Shown: in pieces, positions 13,401-26,360 of the stretch | How positions within the stretch are numbered: position 1 is the stretch's first letter | Layout of the letters: every line of letters begins with the position of its first letter | Program-made: the position numbers and the translations under genes | Assembly (NCBI RefSeq): GCF_037042905.1 | Contig: NC_087259.1 | Location: forward strand, 2,542,001 to 2,606,000 | Direction: 5' to 3' | Source of the DNA: Lytechinus pictus | Lineage: Eukaryota | DNA: 64,000 bases | Notes under the pieces: model-generated | Databases searched by the model: none | Seen by the model: the letters and a program-made list of their open reading frames with translations, nothing else | What the model was told of the DNA's origin: nothing

Positions 13401-16261
13401 GGAATATAAGCAAATAAACAAAAACAAAATAGTATTTTGTCAAAAAGAAAAAAAAAAGAAAAAAGAAACAACTTGTAAATTATATACAAATATACACAAT
13501 AAACATAGGAATCATTCGGATAGATATTTTGACAATGAATATAGAGACTGATATCCAAGAAAAGATAAAGCTAACATAAAGAAAGTGAGAGAGGAAAGGG
13601 AAATAAAGAGGGAAGAAGTTCGAAAATGGAGAGAGCGGGAAAGAGAGGAAGAATAGGGGAGGAAGAATATAGAAGTACCTTCTATATAGCATTAGGATTG
13701 AAAACGAGATCACTTGAGTTTTTGTTGTTGTTATTGTGTGTTTTTTTCATATTTATTTATCCCGTCATTTCAAAATTTCGCATGATTTTGAGGACCGAAT
13801 TCTCTCCCAAATTGCCTTTCCTATAACATTATGTGATATGGGGGGCTGTTATACATGAATGCCTTTTATCCACTTCGGCACGCTCCAATAGGCTTCCCTT
13901 CACAATACCTATGGAGGGCCACTCCCGTCACAATTATTTCCCCAAATGTCGCACGAATTTCAAGACATTGGTTTTAGAATCGAAATTACCAATTCCATAT
14001 CGGTATTCTTTGGATCATCAGTATTCTCTCAACGAAAATGCTTTATATAGCTAACGATACAAAACACAACATTTTGAAGACACACTTTACCGCTTTTACT
14101 GATGGTAACATTTAAAGAATATCTTTGCGACAAATAAAAGAACACCGTGGCTTTTAAAGAAATTACAAAAGAAAAGGATATGACGCAGGCCAGAAAACAG
14201 ACAGGGTGTTCTGAATGTAATATTGATGCTATGCTAACGAACCTGCTCTTATATTGCTGCATGAACTTAAGAGATTATATTATGTCTTCGGTCATTAAAT
14301 CAGTATATAATCCTGGAGAAATAATCAGATATTTTATTTCTCCAAGATGTATCTATGTCCTATTTTTACAATCTAACTTCCTGTGAGATTAAACTTACCA
14401 AAAGATATTGGCCATGTTCATATTTTTGGGGAAAATTATTAATTTGCGTCATGTTGGACGATTCTCGCATCAAAAATGAAATTAGCAAGTACTTTTATTG
14501 AACGATTTTCTTTTTGCATATTTTCCATCAAGCGCAGATTACCTTCTTTCTTGAGACTATTTATCTTAAGAAAGATTCTTCAAACAGTAGAATGGATATT
14601 CGTGGAAGGATATTGTTTGAATGAAAGCTAAAATACGGAGATTGTAGGCCTACATTCTAAGTTCTGTCCTTTCCCAAGCTGTATAATGTGTATTAGGTGA
14701 TATTTTTCTTTTTTAATTTAAAGATGATATTTTAAAGTTATTTTTCATTTTAATTCAAAAATAACTTTACAAATATGCTTTATGTAGATCATCCCATTCA
14801 TTATCAGGTTAGGCTTATCTTTAATCGTTAGTACATTTAGATTTATCGAAACATAGGGGCTTAGATGTTGAAGACACCTGGAGACATGTCACAGCCTTGC
14901 AGAACCCCTTCTTTGTCATGTTCATGTTAACGCAGTCAGTCTCATCAGATCTGTATGGAATGGTGTTACATATCCGGAAATACATTGTAAGGTAGTTGTA
15001 GGCCTCCAAGAGGACAACTCCCCCGAGATGGGATTAAAGGGGTGGTTATAATGAGGGAGTTGTCCTCTACCCGGGGACGAAATTGGAAGGGGTGGCTATA
15101 ATGAGAGATTTGTCCTCCAGGGAAAGGTTGACTATTCTCGGATCAAGGATGTATGCCGGGGAGTTGTCAGGATTCAAGAAAGGAAGCGTGAGAGTGAGAG
15201 GGAAGGTATAGGAAATGTATTAAAATTGACAGAAAATGAAGATTTTTTTAAAAAGTAGTATAAGCAATGTAAATAAAACATCTTTCCCAGATTCGCAGAA
15301 CATGATAGAAAGACTCAAGAAAGTGTTGGAAAAACTATGAATGTGCATTAAGCCTACTGCTGTTAGTAGGCCTATAAAATGCAAGTTGATGCTACGCCCT
15401 TTTTTCAACTGTTACTGCGCTTCTGTTTCTGTTATACCCATGTTGTTGCTCCTTCCTTGATTTTAGGAAAAAGCTTAATAACAATATGCAAAACAGCCAT
15501 GACAATATCGGGAACTTTAGGTAAAAGATAAGGAGTTGAAAAGCAAATTGAAGAATGAATTCGGCGAGAATTAAAATAGATAATGGATTCAGACACTGTA
15601 TAAATTTGCACGATTGACAGTGCATATCATCCATCCATTCACGTCAAGCGTGTCAAGCAAAGATAAACGAGGTGATTAGCTCTTAAAATGATTATCTCTT
15701 TACTTCCAACAAGCGCGACTTCCTCTCCCAACTCAATACAACTACAATTACCCTTGAACACTCCCAAACGAGAACTCGAGGTGTGGGTTTTGACGCGCTC
15801 CGTTCCAGAGAAGTGACAATGCCGTGGCCCATCATAATATATCGTGGTCCGTTCACCTCTCTCATGTCCTTCATTTGCGTCCGTAATTAATTACTCGATG
15901 ATTGGAAGTTCAATACGGCTTCTCTTGATGGGAGTCTATTTGCACTTCTCTGGCCCCTTCAGCCGAACAATTTTTGCCTCTTCAGAGTTTTTACCGGGTG
16001 TAGGATGGGCACTTGAGGAGGAATTTTTCGGAGGTAAACTTTGTGCCAGCGCGCGCGCGTTTTGAGAAGAGCCGGAATGACATGCGGAACGGCCGAAAGG
16101 GGATGGCGACACACACTGCATTTGGATGACATACGGTACTGTTTGCGGTGCTTAAACTTTGTTTTGCCTCCTCTTTCGCGGGGACCGCAAAGTATACACG
16201 TTCGGTATCCTTGAGTGGGAAATGGAGAGTGGAGAAATTAGTGTGGATGGTAGGGGTAGAT

Positions 16262-16296
<35 letters not shown>

Positions 16297-17366
16297 TTTA
16301 TAGAGAAAGAGGGAGAGAGAAGGTGAGAGAGAAAGAAAGTGGGTATCAAGATGAAACAGGAAACAAGAAAACAATGAACCACTTTTAATTATAGAATTAT
16401 TTGAAGGTGCGTGCGAGAGCACATACACACACACCCACACAAGGAGAAATATTTGAAGGTCACATGCAGCTGATGAAGAAATTTCAAAGATAAGAAAAAA
16501 ACATATAAATTCTTCTTTACAATGATCAAGAGAATCATACTTCCTAAAATGTAAGTGATGAATACAAATCGGTAAGCCGCAAATGCATGACATACATGTA
16601 GAACTAACATGACTTAAGAATTATAAAAAATATACACTTGATTTTCTTGTCTTAACTATGCCATGAAACGTTTTAAAAAAATAAGAGAGAGGGCGTCACC
16701 AATGAACAGTAGTCTCAGCTTTCTAAGAAATATAATCTTGTTACTATGATAGTAAAAGATAGGAAAGAAGAGAAAGAATGACAGGGAGAAGAGGAATAGA
16801 AGGGAAGAGACAGATAAAAAACGAAAGAGAGAACAAGATTTACGGAAAGGGATGATGTCATAATTATGCATAAAGAGTGCAAAAATAAAGGTCTAGTTTT
16901 AAGAAATCTTTATTATAGAACTAAATGTCACTTTAGCCCTTTCTTAAAACCAACCGTCGTTGTTTACCTCTGTGCCTCAGCCTGACACACGCAATGTACT
17001 AGATATACTTGCTATTTTAAAACCTTCTCCTTCATTTTAACAACTTTAAAGGCGAAGTAGTGGTAATATTCTTCATTTTTTTTTACTTTGGTTGTGAATG
17101 GTTTCAGAAGAGGGTATTAAGAAGCAATGCCACTTCACTTGTACTTTCTTACATACAAGATACATGAACTTTTGGAACCCCGAACCGTTCTTAAAGTACT
17201 CATTTTTTGTAGTCCCAGATGTATGAAATGCACATTGCATGTAACTTTATCATGTTTCTTTAGTATTGCCATAATTCATAGACATTTAAAAAATAAAAAT
17301 GTACGCAAATCCCCATACAAGGTATTGTTAAGACTGCAATCGTATGGAGATAACTCAATTCTGTCT

Positions 17367-17958
17367 TTAAAGGTCAAGTCCACCCCAGAAAAATTATGAT
17401 TTGAATAAATAGAGAAAAATCGAACTAGCAAAACGCTAAAAATTTCATCAAAATCGGATGTAAAATAAAAAAGTTATGACATTTCAAAGTTTCGCTTATT
17501 TTTCACAAAACAGTTATATGCACATCTTAGTGTGAGAGAGTCGATGATGTCCATCACTCACTATTTCATTTTCACTATTTGTTTTTTATTGTTTGAATTA
17601 TACAATATTTCATTTTTTTACAGATTTCACAATAAGGACCAATTTGACTGAACCATATAGTATGAAAACAATGCTAATTTCACACGTTCAAGGAGGAATT
17701 AATCTTTGTTTCACTTGACAATGTGGAGAAAATAGAATATTTTATATTCCATATAATAAAAGAAATAGTGGATGACGTCATCGGTCTCCTAATTTGCAGG
17801 ATGTGCATATAACTGTTTTGTGAAATTAAGCAAAATTTTAAAATGTCATAACTTTCTTATTTTACATCCGATTTTGCTGAAATTTTCAGTTTTATGCGCG
17901 TTGGATTTTTCTCTTTTTATTCAAATCAACTCATGGTTGGGGTGGACTTGTCCTTTAA
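17367..17958. mobile_element. Kolobok/T2-like MITE
   Basis: TTAA-AGGTCAAGTCCACCCC ... GGGGTGGACTTGTCCT-TTAA, with imperfect TIRs of about 160 bp and TTAA at both ends. Confidence 0.85.
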
Positions 17959-18335
17959 ACCACCAGTGACAAGTAGCAGGTCAGAATATCGAAACATAAA
18001 CGAAAAGGGTTACAGTTTTCAATTGAATTCTTTTGTCCAATACAATTGAGGAATGTCAACAGCCCCTCGGCAAACACTGCCGAGATGTGGGCATTTATTT
18101 TGCAAACCATTCACTCTAAACACACAGCTATAATGGGTGAGAAGAATAGCACGAAAGTACAGAGCCCAACCGGCTATGAAATTGTTACAATATTGAGAGA
18201 ATTTGGACGATCTCTACGGAGAGCCATTCCCATTTCAAAAGTCATCCCGCATTGCACTGTGTGGCCTTAAAATTCTGAGATAATGGTTCACATATAGATG
18301 CACTAAAAATGTAGCGTGAACTCTTGCATTCTCTT

Positions 18336-18840
18336 CGAAGGGATGCTCCGGGCTGAAAATATTTATATATGAAGCAAACTGCTGAAAATTTCATCAAAAT
18401 CGGATGAGAAATAATGAAGTTATTGAATTTGAAAGTTTAGCAATATTTTGTGTTATATGCACATCGTCATGAATATTCATTAGGTGGGCTGATGATGTCA
18501 CATCCCCACTTTCCTTTTTCTTATGTTATTACATGAAATCACAATTGTTTCATTTTTTCATACATGTGTGAATGATATATCTCCAGTATAATGAAGTAAG
18601 TTGCATCAATGAATATATAATGCACTTAATCAGTTGTCAATCCAATTTTTTTAGTTCTTGGTAGAGTTTTTTTTGATAAACCCAATTTCATATAATAAAA
18701 TACAAAAGAACAAGTGGGGATATGGCATCAGTTTGCTCATTGAGTATTCATGAAGACATGCCTGGAACCGTTTCACCGGATCTTTAAATCTTTATAATGC
18801 CATAGCTTTGTTATTCCTTGTCCGATTTTTGATAATAGTT
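18336..18840. mobile_element. Degenerate Kolobok/T2-like MITE
   Basis: Begins AAGGGATGCTCCGGGCTG and shares AAATTTCATCAAAATCGGATG, AAGTTAT and GATGATGTCA motifs with the 17.4 kb element. The right end is decayed. Confidence 0.6.
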
Positions 18841-19309
18841 GCATATTGTCTGTTGCTTTCGGAGCTTTTCGCAACGCGTTAGTGGAAGAACGCATTTTGA
18901 AACATTCACACAGAAACGTCAATAAAGCAATGTGAGAATACGGTGAGCAAAGGGCGTTCTTGCATCGACGTAATGGTGCTAAATGCGTTTCACATCGACC
19001 ACATTCGGCAATGAGCAAACACTACTTAATCATTTTTTGTTTGCTCCGGTTCGAATTTAATTAATATAGTGATATCCATTTTCAGATTTATCTTTGCTCG
19101 AATACTCAATATGAAGATAATAACTTATTCTCTGAATGACTACAGAATTAAAAATAAATCCTAATGGACTGTGATTGGTGACCAGTCGAACCCTGAATAT
19201 ATATTTAATCTGAAAGATTTATTCTGAAATATCAAATGATTTACTTTCAAATCTTATAGATTGCAATCTAAATCCAGAGTTTGGCAAGTCACTCACCACA
19301 GCCAATCAA

Positions 19310-19465
19310 GGGATCGTTTCATCGACATATATTTTTTGATAAGTTGCCGATCTCACAGCTTTTTCATATTTTTTTTGGCAGAGATGGACAGTTCCTATGG
19401 TAACATTCGGATAAAACACTTTGTCGAATAAAGCATCAGACAAGTCCTTTAAGAAAACGCTCCCC
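19310..19465. mobile_element. Degenerate short PIF/Harbinger-like MITE
   Basis: GGGATCGTTTCATC ... AAAACGCTCCCC ends, resembling the copies at 49.7 and 62.2 kb. Confidence 0.5.
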
Positions 19466-22400
19466 GGGATAAATCTTAAATGTCCAAAATGTAGAGTGTA
19501 GAAATGTCATATCAGGTGTATGGAAATTATGAAAATATGAAAAGACCACCAATATAGTTTACGTCAACCATAATAATACGGGGAGGGGAGGGGATAGGGA
19601 AGGTGTATTTCTATTAGTTACGTTTTGATTTAGGAACATATCGGGTAACACGGGTAGGATAATTACTATAAAAACTCCCCAGCCGAACAGTTTTAATAAG
19701 AGCACGATAATTTGTTTTGTAAAGATAGATTTGGATAGATTTACTGATATCAGTGTTTTATTTTTTTAATTATGCATGTCAAAAGCACCCCTCCAGGAAT
19801 GCACTGTTAAGAAATCCAGACAAGTTTACATAAACAAATCCCGAGACATTGTAGTATTGTATTGTAGTAACTGAATATTGATTTTCTATAATTTCACGGG
19901 GTAATTATGTTTATCTAAAAGACAGAGAAATGTATTTGTATGCAAGAGTAAAATGCTTTTAGACCCCATTAACAGATTTTCTGCGATTTCGAATAGGATT
20001 TACTCATTTTAAATGACAGATTAGTTTCCTTACCTGTGATAGTTTTTTGTAGCCAAGACTTTTTGTTGATCTTAAAAACGTTTTCTAAATGAACGAACTG
20101 GAATCAACAAAATCCCCCCATTTTAGTTGAAATCTTCTGTGTGTGTTTTTTTCAAGAGAAAATTCAGACACTCCCTACGGTTATTCTTTAAGAAAAAGTT
20201 TATCACGAACCTCAATTTTGAAATAACACAGATGAACACTTCGCGTAGTGTAAATTGTGTTGAAAAATGTGCTGTAAAATTACAGCAAGCATCGAGTCTC
20301 TAACGCTGGCACACTTCTGTTCGTTTTTTTTTCAAGAAAAAATCTAACATTTTGCCTAGATAGGATATTACCTTATACATAAAACCCACCCACCTAGGTC
20401 TCTAAAACAAAACTCCACGATTAGTTGTGAAAATATAGACAGGCAATAATGATTTATTCCTCAATGTGTAATTTACCACTATGATGCATCGCAATACACA
20501 CGTTCCCTTTGTAGACTTGAACTCTATACCAATTTATAATGGCGCCACGATCGAGGCGCCATTTCTTGTTAAGACGACATGATATAGTAACATGCATTGC
20601 AAATGGCCTAGTGCTTGATGGGCCCAAATCTGCACTTTATGTTTGTTGTATATGTCTATCTATCTCTTTGTTTGATTGATTGATTTATTTGTTTGTTGTC
20701 CGTTCGTTTCTTGATTTGTTTGTTTGTTTTTTGTCCGTTATCTTCGATAGTGGCAACAATGCATTGTTTTACATTCATTCTGTAGTAAGAAGCCAGTGAG
20801 TTCGGAGTCCAGTCGGAGTCGGTTTTTTTCTCCCTCTCTCTTTCTTGTCCTCTCTCTTTCTTTCTTTCTTTCTTTCTTCACGTATCAATGTACATGTGTG
20901 TTTCTCTCTCTCTCTCTCCCAGTTCACACCCCTTCTCTCTCCCGCTCGTGTGTGTATTCGTTGTTAAAATAATTGAGACAAACAATGTGATCAAGATTGA
21001 GGTAAAAGTTGACAAAAACTTTTTGTGGGCAAATTTCAATCTTTTAAAATTCGGAACCATATCGAATATCGAAAATCAAATACATTAAACCGAACAACAT
21101 GATAATAGTCATTGGACAAGCTGCTTGTAACAGTACACCTTATTAAGAGGGTTTTAATGGGAGGTGGAGGCTGAAATGCGTGTCCACTGCATATCTATAA
21201 CGTAATCCGTTATCTAAATGTTTCTTCAATTCTTTATATCCGACCACTTGACACTGGCTGTTCCTGTAATTAGGAACCGCTATTTAGTCTCTTGGATGGA
21301 AAATATTTATTCTAAAATCTCTAAATCTTATTATAGCGACCGCATATAGCCAATGTTGACGGAAGTCTTTATAACAAAACAGTAGCGGTCAGCGAGCACC
21401 CGGCTCGTTCTTTCGCCCGCCCCGCTGGGCTGGACGCAGCCTGTCATCCCGTGTTTGGCGTGTGGGGGTCGCGCTGGACAAACCTTCCTGAAATGTATAC
21501 ACAGTACAAGAAAATCTCTAATTTACACTTTTCTTTTCCTCGTTTCACACATAATGGTCATATTAGTGAGTGTCACTTGGAGAGAGGGAAAGAGAGAGAA
21601 TAATCCCGAAGTGTGAATACGGAGCCACACAAACTCATCATTAAGATGTGTCAATATATCTCTTCTCAACCTCTCTCACCATCTCTCCGTTTCTCTCCCG
21701 GACTCCCGCTACTAGGGTACGCATCTGTTTGGTGCGTGAAAGTCTAGCTGGTTTGGCGGGCAAAGCGATTGTCTCCAATCACGCAATACGTGCTCTTTTC
21801 TGTTTGCAAATCTAACGAACGTGACGGCCCCCGACTTTTCATCAATTTCCCCTTTTCTATGAAATATGCGGTTGACACCTGTTTTCTTATTCTTCCAAGT
21901 CCGTTTTCAAGACAACAAGGAATTCTATAATATTCTATATAAGGGGCAGAATATTGAACATGTTGATTTTGAACGAGTTTTGTGGGATAAATCTTGCCCA
22001 TTAAAGTCAATCTTTGACGCATGACTTTAGCCGGATGCCTGTATGGGAAAAAAATCGGTTACATTCGTCAAAAGAAAAAGACTCAATGTTGACATTTAGG
22101 AGGAAGCTTATAATTGGAAAGGTTAGAAATCAAAGACATGAATGTTTGTGTATGTGTGTCTGTGTGTGGTCGGATGTGTGAATGAGAGATATAGAAACTC
22201 AGCATTAGAAAGAGAAAGGGGAGGAGGCTGGAAGAGGGAAGGAAAGAAAGGGATGAGGATAAGGAGATCCCATGTGTTTTACTTTGGAAAGCGATTGTCC
22301 AAGTAAATCTAACTGAACCATTTAGTTTGCATTTTCGAATCACAAAAATATACCATAACCATGATAACGTTTTGTATTTTAACCCCATTCTATTGAAATG

Positions 22401-23668
22401 TGTTTTACCAATAATTCCATTACCCGTACGTAATGGTTTACATAAAAAAAATGCAATTCAAATACTCTTTTTAATGTAAAAAGGAATTGATATATCTTTA
22501 TTTTTTACACATAACAGGGTTTTTCTTTTTCTTGTCGATGTTCGTCTTTGCACAGGACTGAAGACATTTTGTTATTTTTTTTTACCGTAATCCTGCCGCC
22601 TGATCCTGATAGTATTCCACGTGATTACGAAATCGGTATGATTTTTTTCAAAGCATATTCGAGACTAATTGAAGACCTTGGCGTAACAATAAGTGTTACC
22701 TTCCCTCCTGCTATTTTCAGTTCATTCACAGTTAATGCACCGTTTATAGTCATTGTGCAGCAGCAGTACTTCATCGCCATGTAATAAACAACAGTGCCCT
22801 AATACTCCAAGTCGAATTAATCAGTGTAATTATTGTAACACCTTGCGCAAAAATGGCGTGCATTTCGTTAGCGCGTATTCCGGAGTCGGGTTGAGTTACC
22901 TTTCACTATTCTGGATTTAACCTCGTTTGAAGCTAATTAACTATCTGAGCTAAATAATAAATGCGTTAATCTTACAGACCTGCAATTAAGAGATTGGATT
23001 GGCCAATACGATGTGTTTTTTTCTCTTTCGTAGAATGGCCCTTTGCCTTTTAAGAAAAATTGTGATATTTTCAAAAGCGAACTTAAACACAGTGACCCCG
23101 ATCGCTGATGATCAACAGTTCTTGTCAGAAGCAGGGACAGCGCCTGGATAATTTGACGGGGAGGGGGGGGGGGGCTAAAGCGCCTTAATGGAATATAAGG
23201 GGGAGTATACTACACTCCCCAGCCTATTTTTTCCATTCTCCATCTCTACTTTTTTCTCTCTTATTGTGTTTTTTATCTTCTTTTTTGATGGGGTGGGGGG
23301 GGGGGGGTGGGAGGATGTCCCTTGCTCTGGTGGCGCCACCCAGTATATTCATTTTTACTATTACTATTCTTTTACATAATGGTATTCTTTTAAATATTTT
23401 TTCCCTAATTCTAAAAGAGATGATATCCCTATTTTTGAATTTCAAATTTTATACCAAAGTTATAATGCCAGATAATGATCTATGACGACCACGATTCCTG
23501 CTTGTTTTGCCGGTAAACAAATTTAATAGGAAGACTTATGAAAACTAGGATAATATTTTTTATTTTATATATTTCCGTTTCATTTCTGAAATGAAACGGA
23601 AATATATAAATAAAAAATATCCTTTCAGTAAGGATGATGATGATAGAATAGACGGATGTTTTTTTTAC

Positions 23669-24040
23669 GAAGACTTCTACAAGCCAAAGACAGCACGCAT
23701 GACATTTTGCAACCAATTTTCATTGGATGGTTGGGGAAAAGTCTGTATTGTATGGTTTCAGAAAGGGTTTCTTTAAACGAAATATGAAGATGGTCAAGAT
23801 AGTAAGGGGAAGGTCTCATTCTAATTAAATGTCCAAGTTTGCAGTATTATTTAATTTTTATTCTTACTCGACCAAAACACACGTCCTTTATCCCACAGTT
23901 ACACCAACTAAATCATCTCCAAACCGACCGATGGTAATTGGTAATAACATCAAAGCAACATGATTGCTTTGATCGGTCTGGAGTCGGTTTAGGGCGGTGT
24001 GACTGAGCATAGCAATGACCCAACAAAACGGACCAAAAAC
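23669..24040. repeat. Interspersed repeat of about 350 bp, copy 1
   Basis: Clear homology with 46198-46540 (TACAAGCCAAAGACAGCACGCATGACATTTTGCAA...). The 3' part holds an inverted repeat also found at about 56447-56560. Confidence 0.85.
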
Positions 24041-25439
24041 GAATAATAATAATAATAATAATAATGATAATACTTAATTTGTTTATAGCGCATATTATAG
24101 TTAAGTCTCTTAGCGCTCTAAATAAAGAGAGAAAGAAAGAAAAAGAAAAACAATCATATTGAATCTAAATACATCATTATACATGATCTAAATACATTAT
24201 TATACATTATTTGACGAAGAAGAAGAAGAAGGCTACGAAGAAGAAGATGGTGGCGACTCAAGAGAAGAAAGAGAAGAAGGAAGAAGGAGGAGTAGAACGA
24301 AACAAAAGTGGCGGAGAAGGAGCAGAACCAATCAGAACTCAGAACCTTCGCGTCGTTTTGCTTTTTCTTTCTTTTTCCTCTTTTCCAAGAGAAAAAGAAA
24401 TCAAACCTTTTTGTGTTCAGCGCCATTTTAATATTTTTTTAGTACAAAACATAGTTTAAAAAAAGTAATGAAAGAATGGCAAGTATTTCTTTTTACATTG
24501 TGTATTCCTACTATACTGCTATATTACTCCTGACTATTGATACTACTTTATTCAAAACCAGAGCATTGCATTTCAATTTTTAGAACGGAGACATCAATCA
24601 TTAGTATAGGCCCCACATACAAACACACACACACACTCTCTCTCACAAACACAAACACACCCGCACCCACCCACACACATCCACACCCTTCTACGTCACT
24701 TTCGCAACTTTACATTATTCACAGCTAGATACCTATTTCTCCAAATAAATATAGTTCAATAAAGAATTATGAAAGAATGGCCATGCTTTATTTTTCTCCC
24801 TTGTTATTATCATTACTTCTCCCTTTTTTGGTGGGGTGTTTTTAGTTTGCATCTCGTGGTATAAATCCAGACTAAGGACATGAGAATGGCCCACCGTCTT
24901 CATGAGATAAACAAGAAGACGATGACACCCTCATCAACTTGGCAAGAAAACCATTTTAATCAAAGTTTTGTCTGTCGACATTACGACTGAGTTTGCTCCA
25001 TTTGGACCCGATGATGTCATCAGTATAAGTCATGTGAAATCTTTTCAAACACCATCAGCAAATACGATCTTCAAACAGCTCTAATGAAAATGTGCAGTAA
25101 GTGAGACCCATTGACATATTATCTTTTAACCCCAAATTTTGTGAATATTCATTATCGTTTACCATTTTCACATAATTTTGATATTGTAATGATTTTAAAG
25201 ATTGCATTAGAACATTGGTGAACCGTTAACAATGTGCAATGTTGCACCTTTATCATGTTTATGAGCGTCATTGCACCGGGAGGTTGCTCCATGACCGGAA
25301 ATGCATTGTGTCGTGCCTACAAAGGATAAGTTTTTTTTCGTCGAGTGCAGGATTTTCAAGCATGTCATATCTTTATTAAACAATATATAGAATAAGGTGC
25401 TCTCAAAATGATAGATTTATGATTCAGACTGTACTGGAA

Positions 25440-26360
25440 TGAACACGGTATGTTCACAGCGTGTTCACAATGTGTTTACAAAGTGTTCACAATGTGTTTA
25501 CAGTGTGTGTTACAGTGTGTTCTCAGTGTATTCACAGTGTATTCATAGTGTGTTTACAGTGTGTTTATAGTGTGTTCACAATTTGACACGCAGTGTGTTC
25601 ACAGTGTGGTACAGGGTGTGTTTACGGTGTGTTCGTAGTGTGTTCAAGGTATGTTTACGGTGTCTTTATAGTGTGTTCACATTGTATCTATAGTGTGTTC
25701 ACGGTGTGCTCTCAGTATGTTTTACAGTGTGTTCACAATGTGACACACAGTGTTTTACAATGAGATCACAGTGTGTCCAGTGTGTTAACGGTGTATTTAC
25801 AGTGTGTTCATAGTGTAATAACAGTGAATTTATAGTATGTTCACAGTGTGCTCTGTGTTTTACAGTGTGTTCACAGTGTGACACATTGTGTTTACAGTGA
25901 GTTCACTGTGTGCTCACAGTGTGTTCACAGTGTTTTTAAAATGTGTTCATAATTCATAGTATGTTAACAGTGTATTTATACTGTGTTCACAGTGTGCTCA
26001 CACAGTGTTTATAATGTGTTAACAATGTGTTTACAGTGTGTTCAAAGCGTGTTTATTCGTTTTACAGTGTGGTATTTAAATTGAAACCTACACACTATTC
26101 AATTAGCCACATCTATCCTGATAGTGAATAGCATGTTCACATAGTCTATTATGTGAAGACAATGGGAACCCTCACACTGTCGAGGTGTCCACAGTGCTAA
26201 ATTATCTTCACACTTAAATTGTTACCATTTTTACAGTGTGAATTACCATGTTCACATTGTCCGCTATGTGAACATCCTGTGAACACACAATAAACGCACT
26301 GCGCATTATGAACACACTGTGAATACACTGTCGACGCACTGTTAACACAATGTTTGAACT
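25440..26360. repeat. Minisatellite of the same family in reverse orientation, (CAGTGTGTTCA)n, plus a short inverted block at about 26268-26355
   Basis: Reverse complement of the 6.4-7.0 kb unit, more degenerate. Confidence 0.9.

Noticed and set aside
23591-23776. Shared peptide YKPKTARMTFCNQFSLDGWG here and in ORF 46124-46441
   Set aside because: It reflects nucleotide identity between two copies of an interspersed repeat. The similarity is DNA-level and broken by indels, so it is not evidence of coding.
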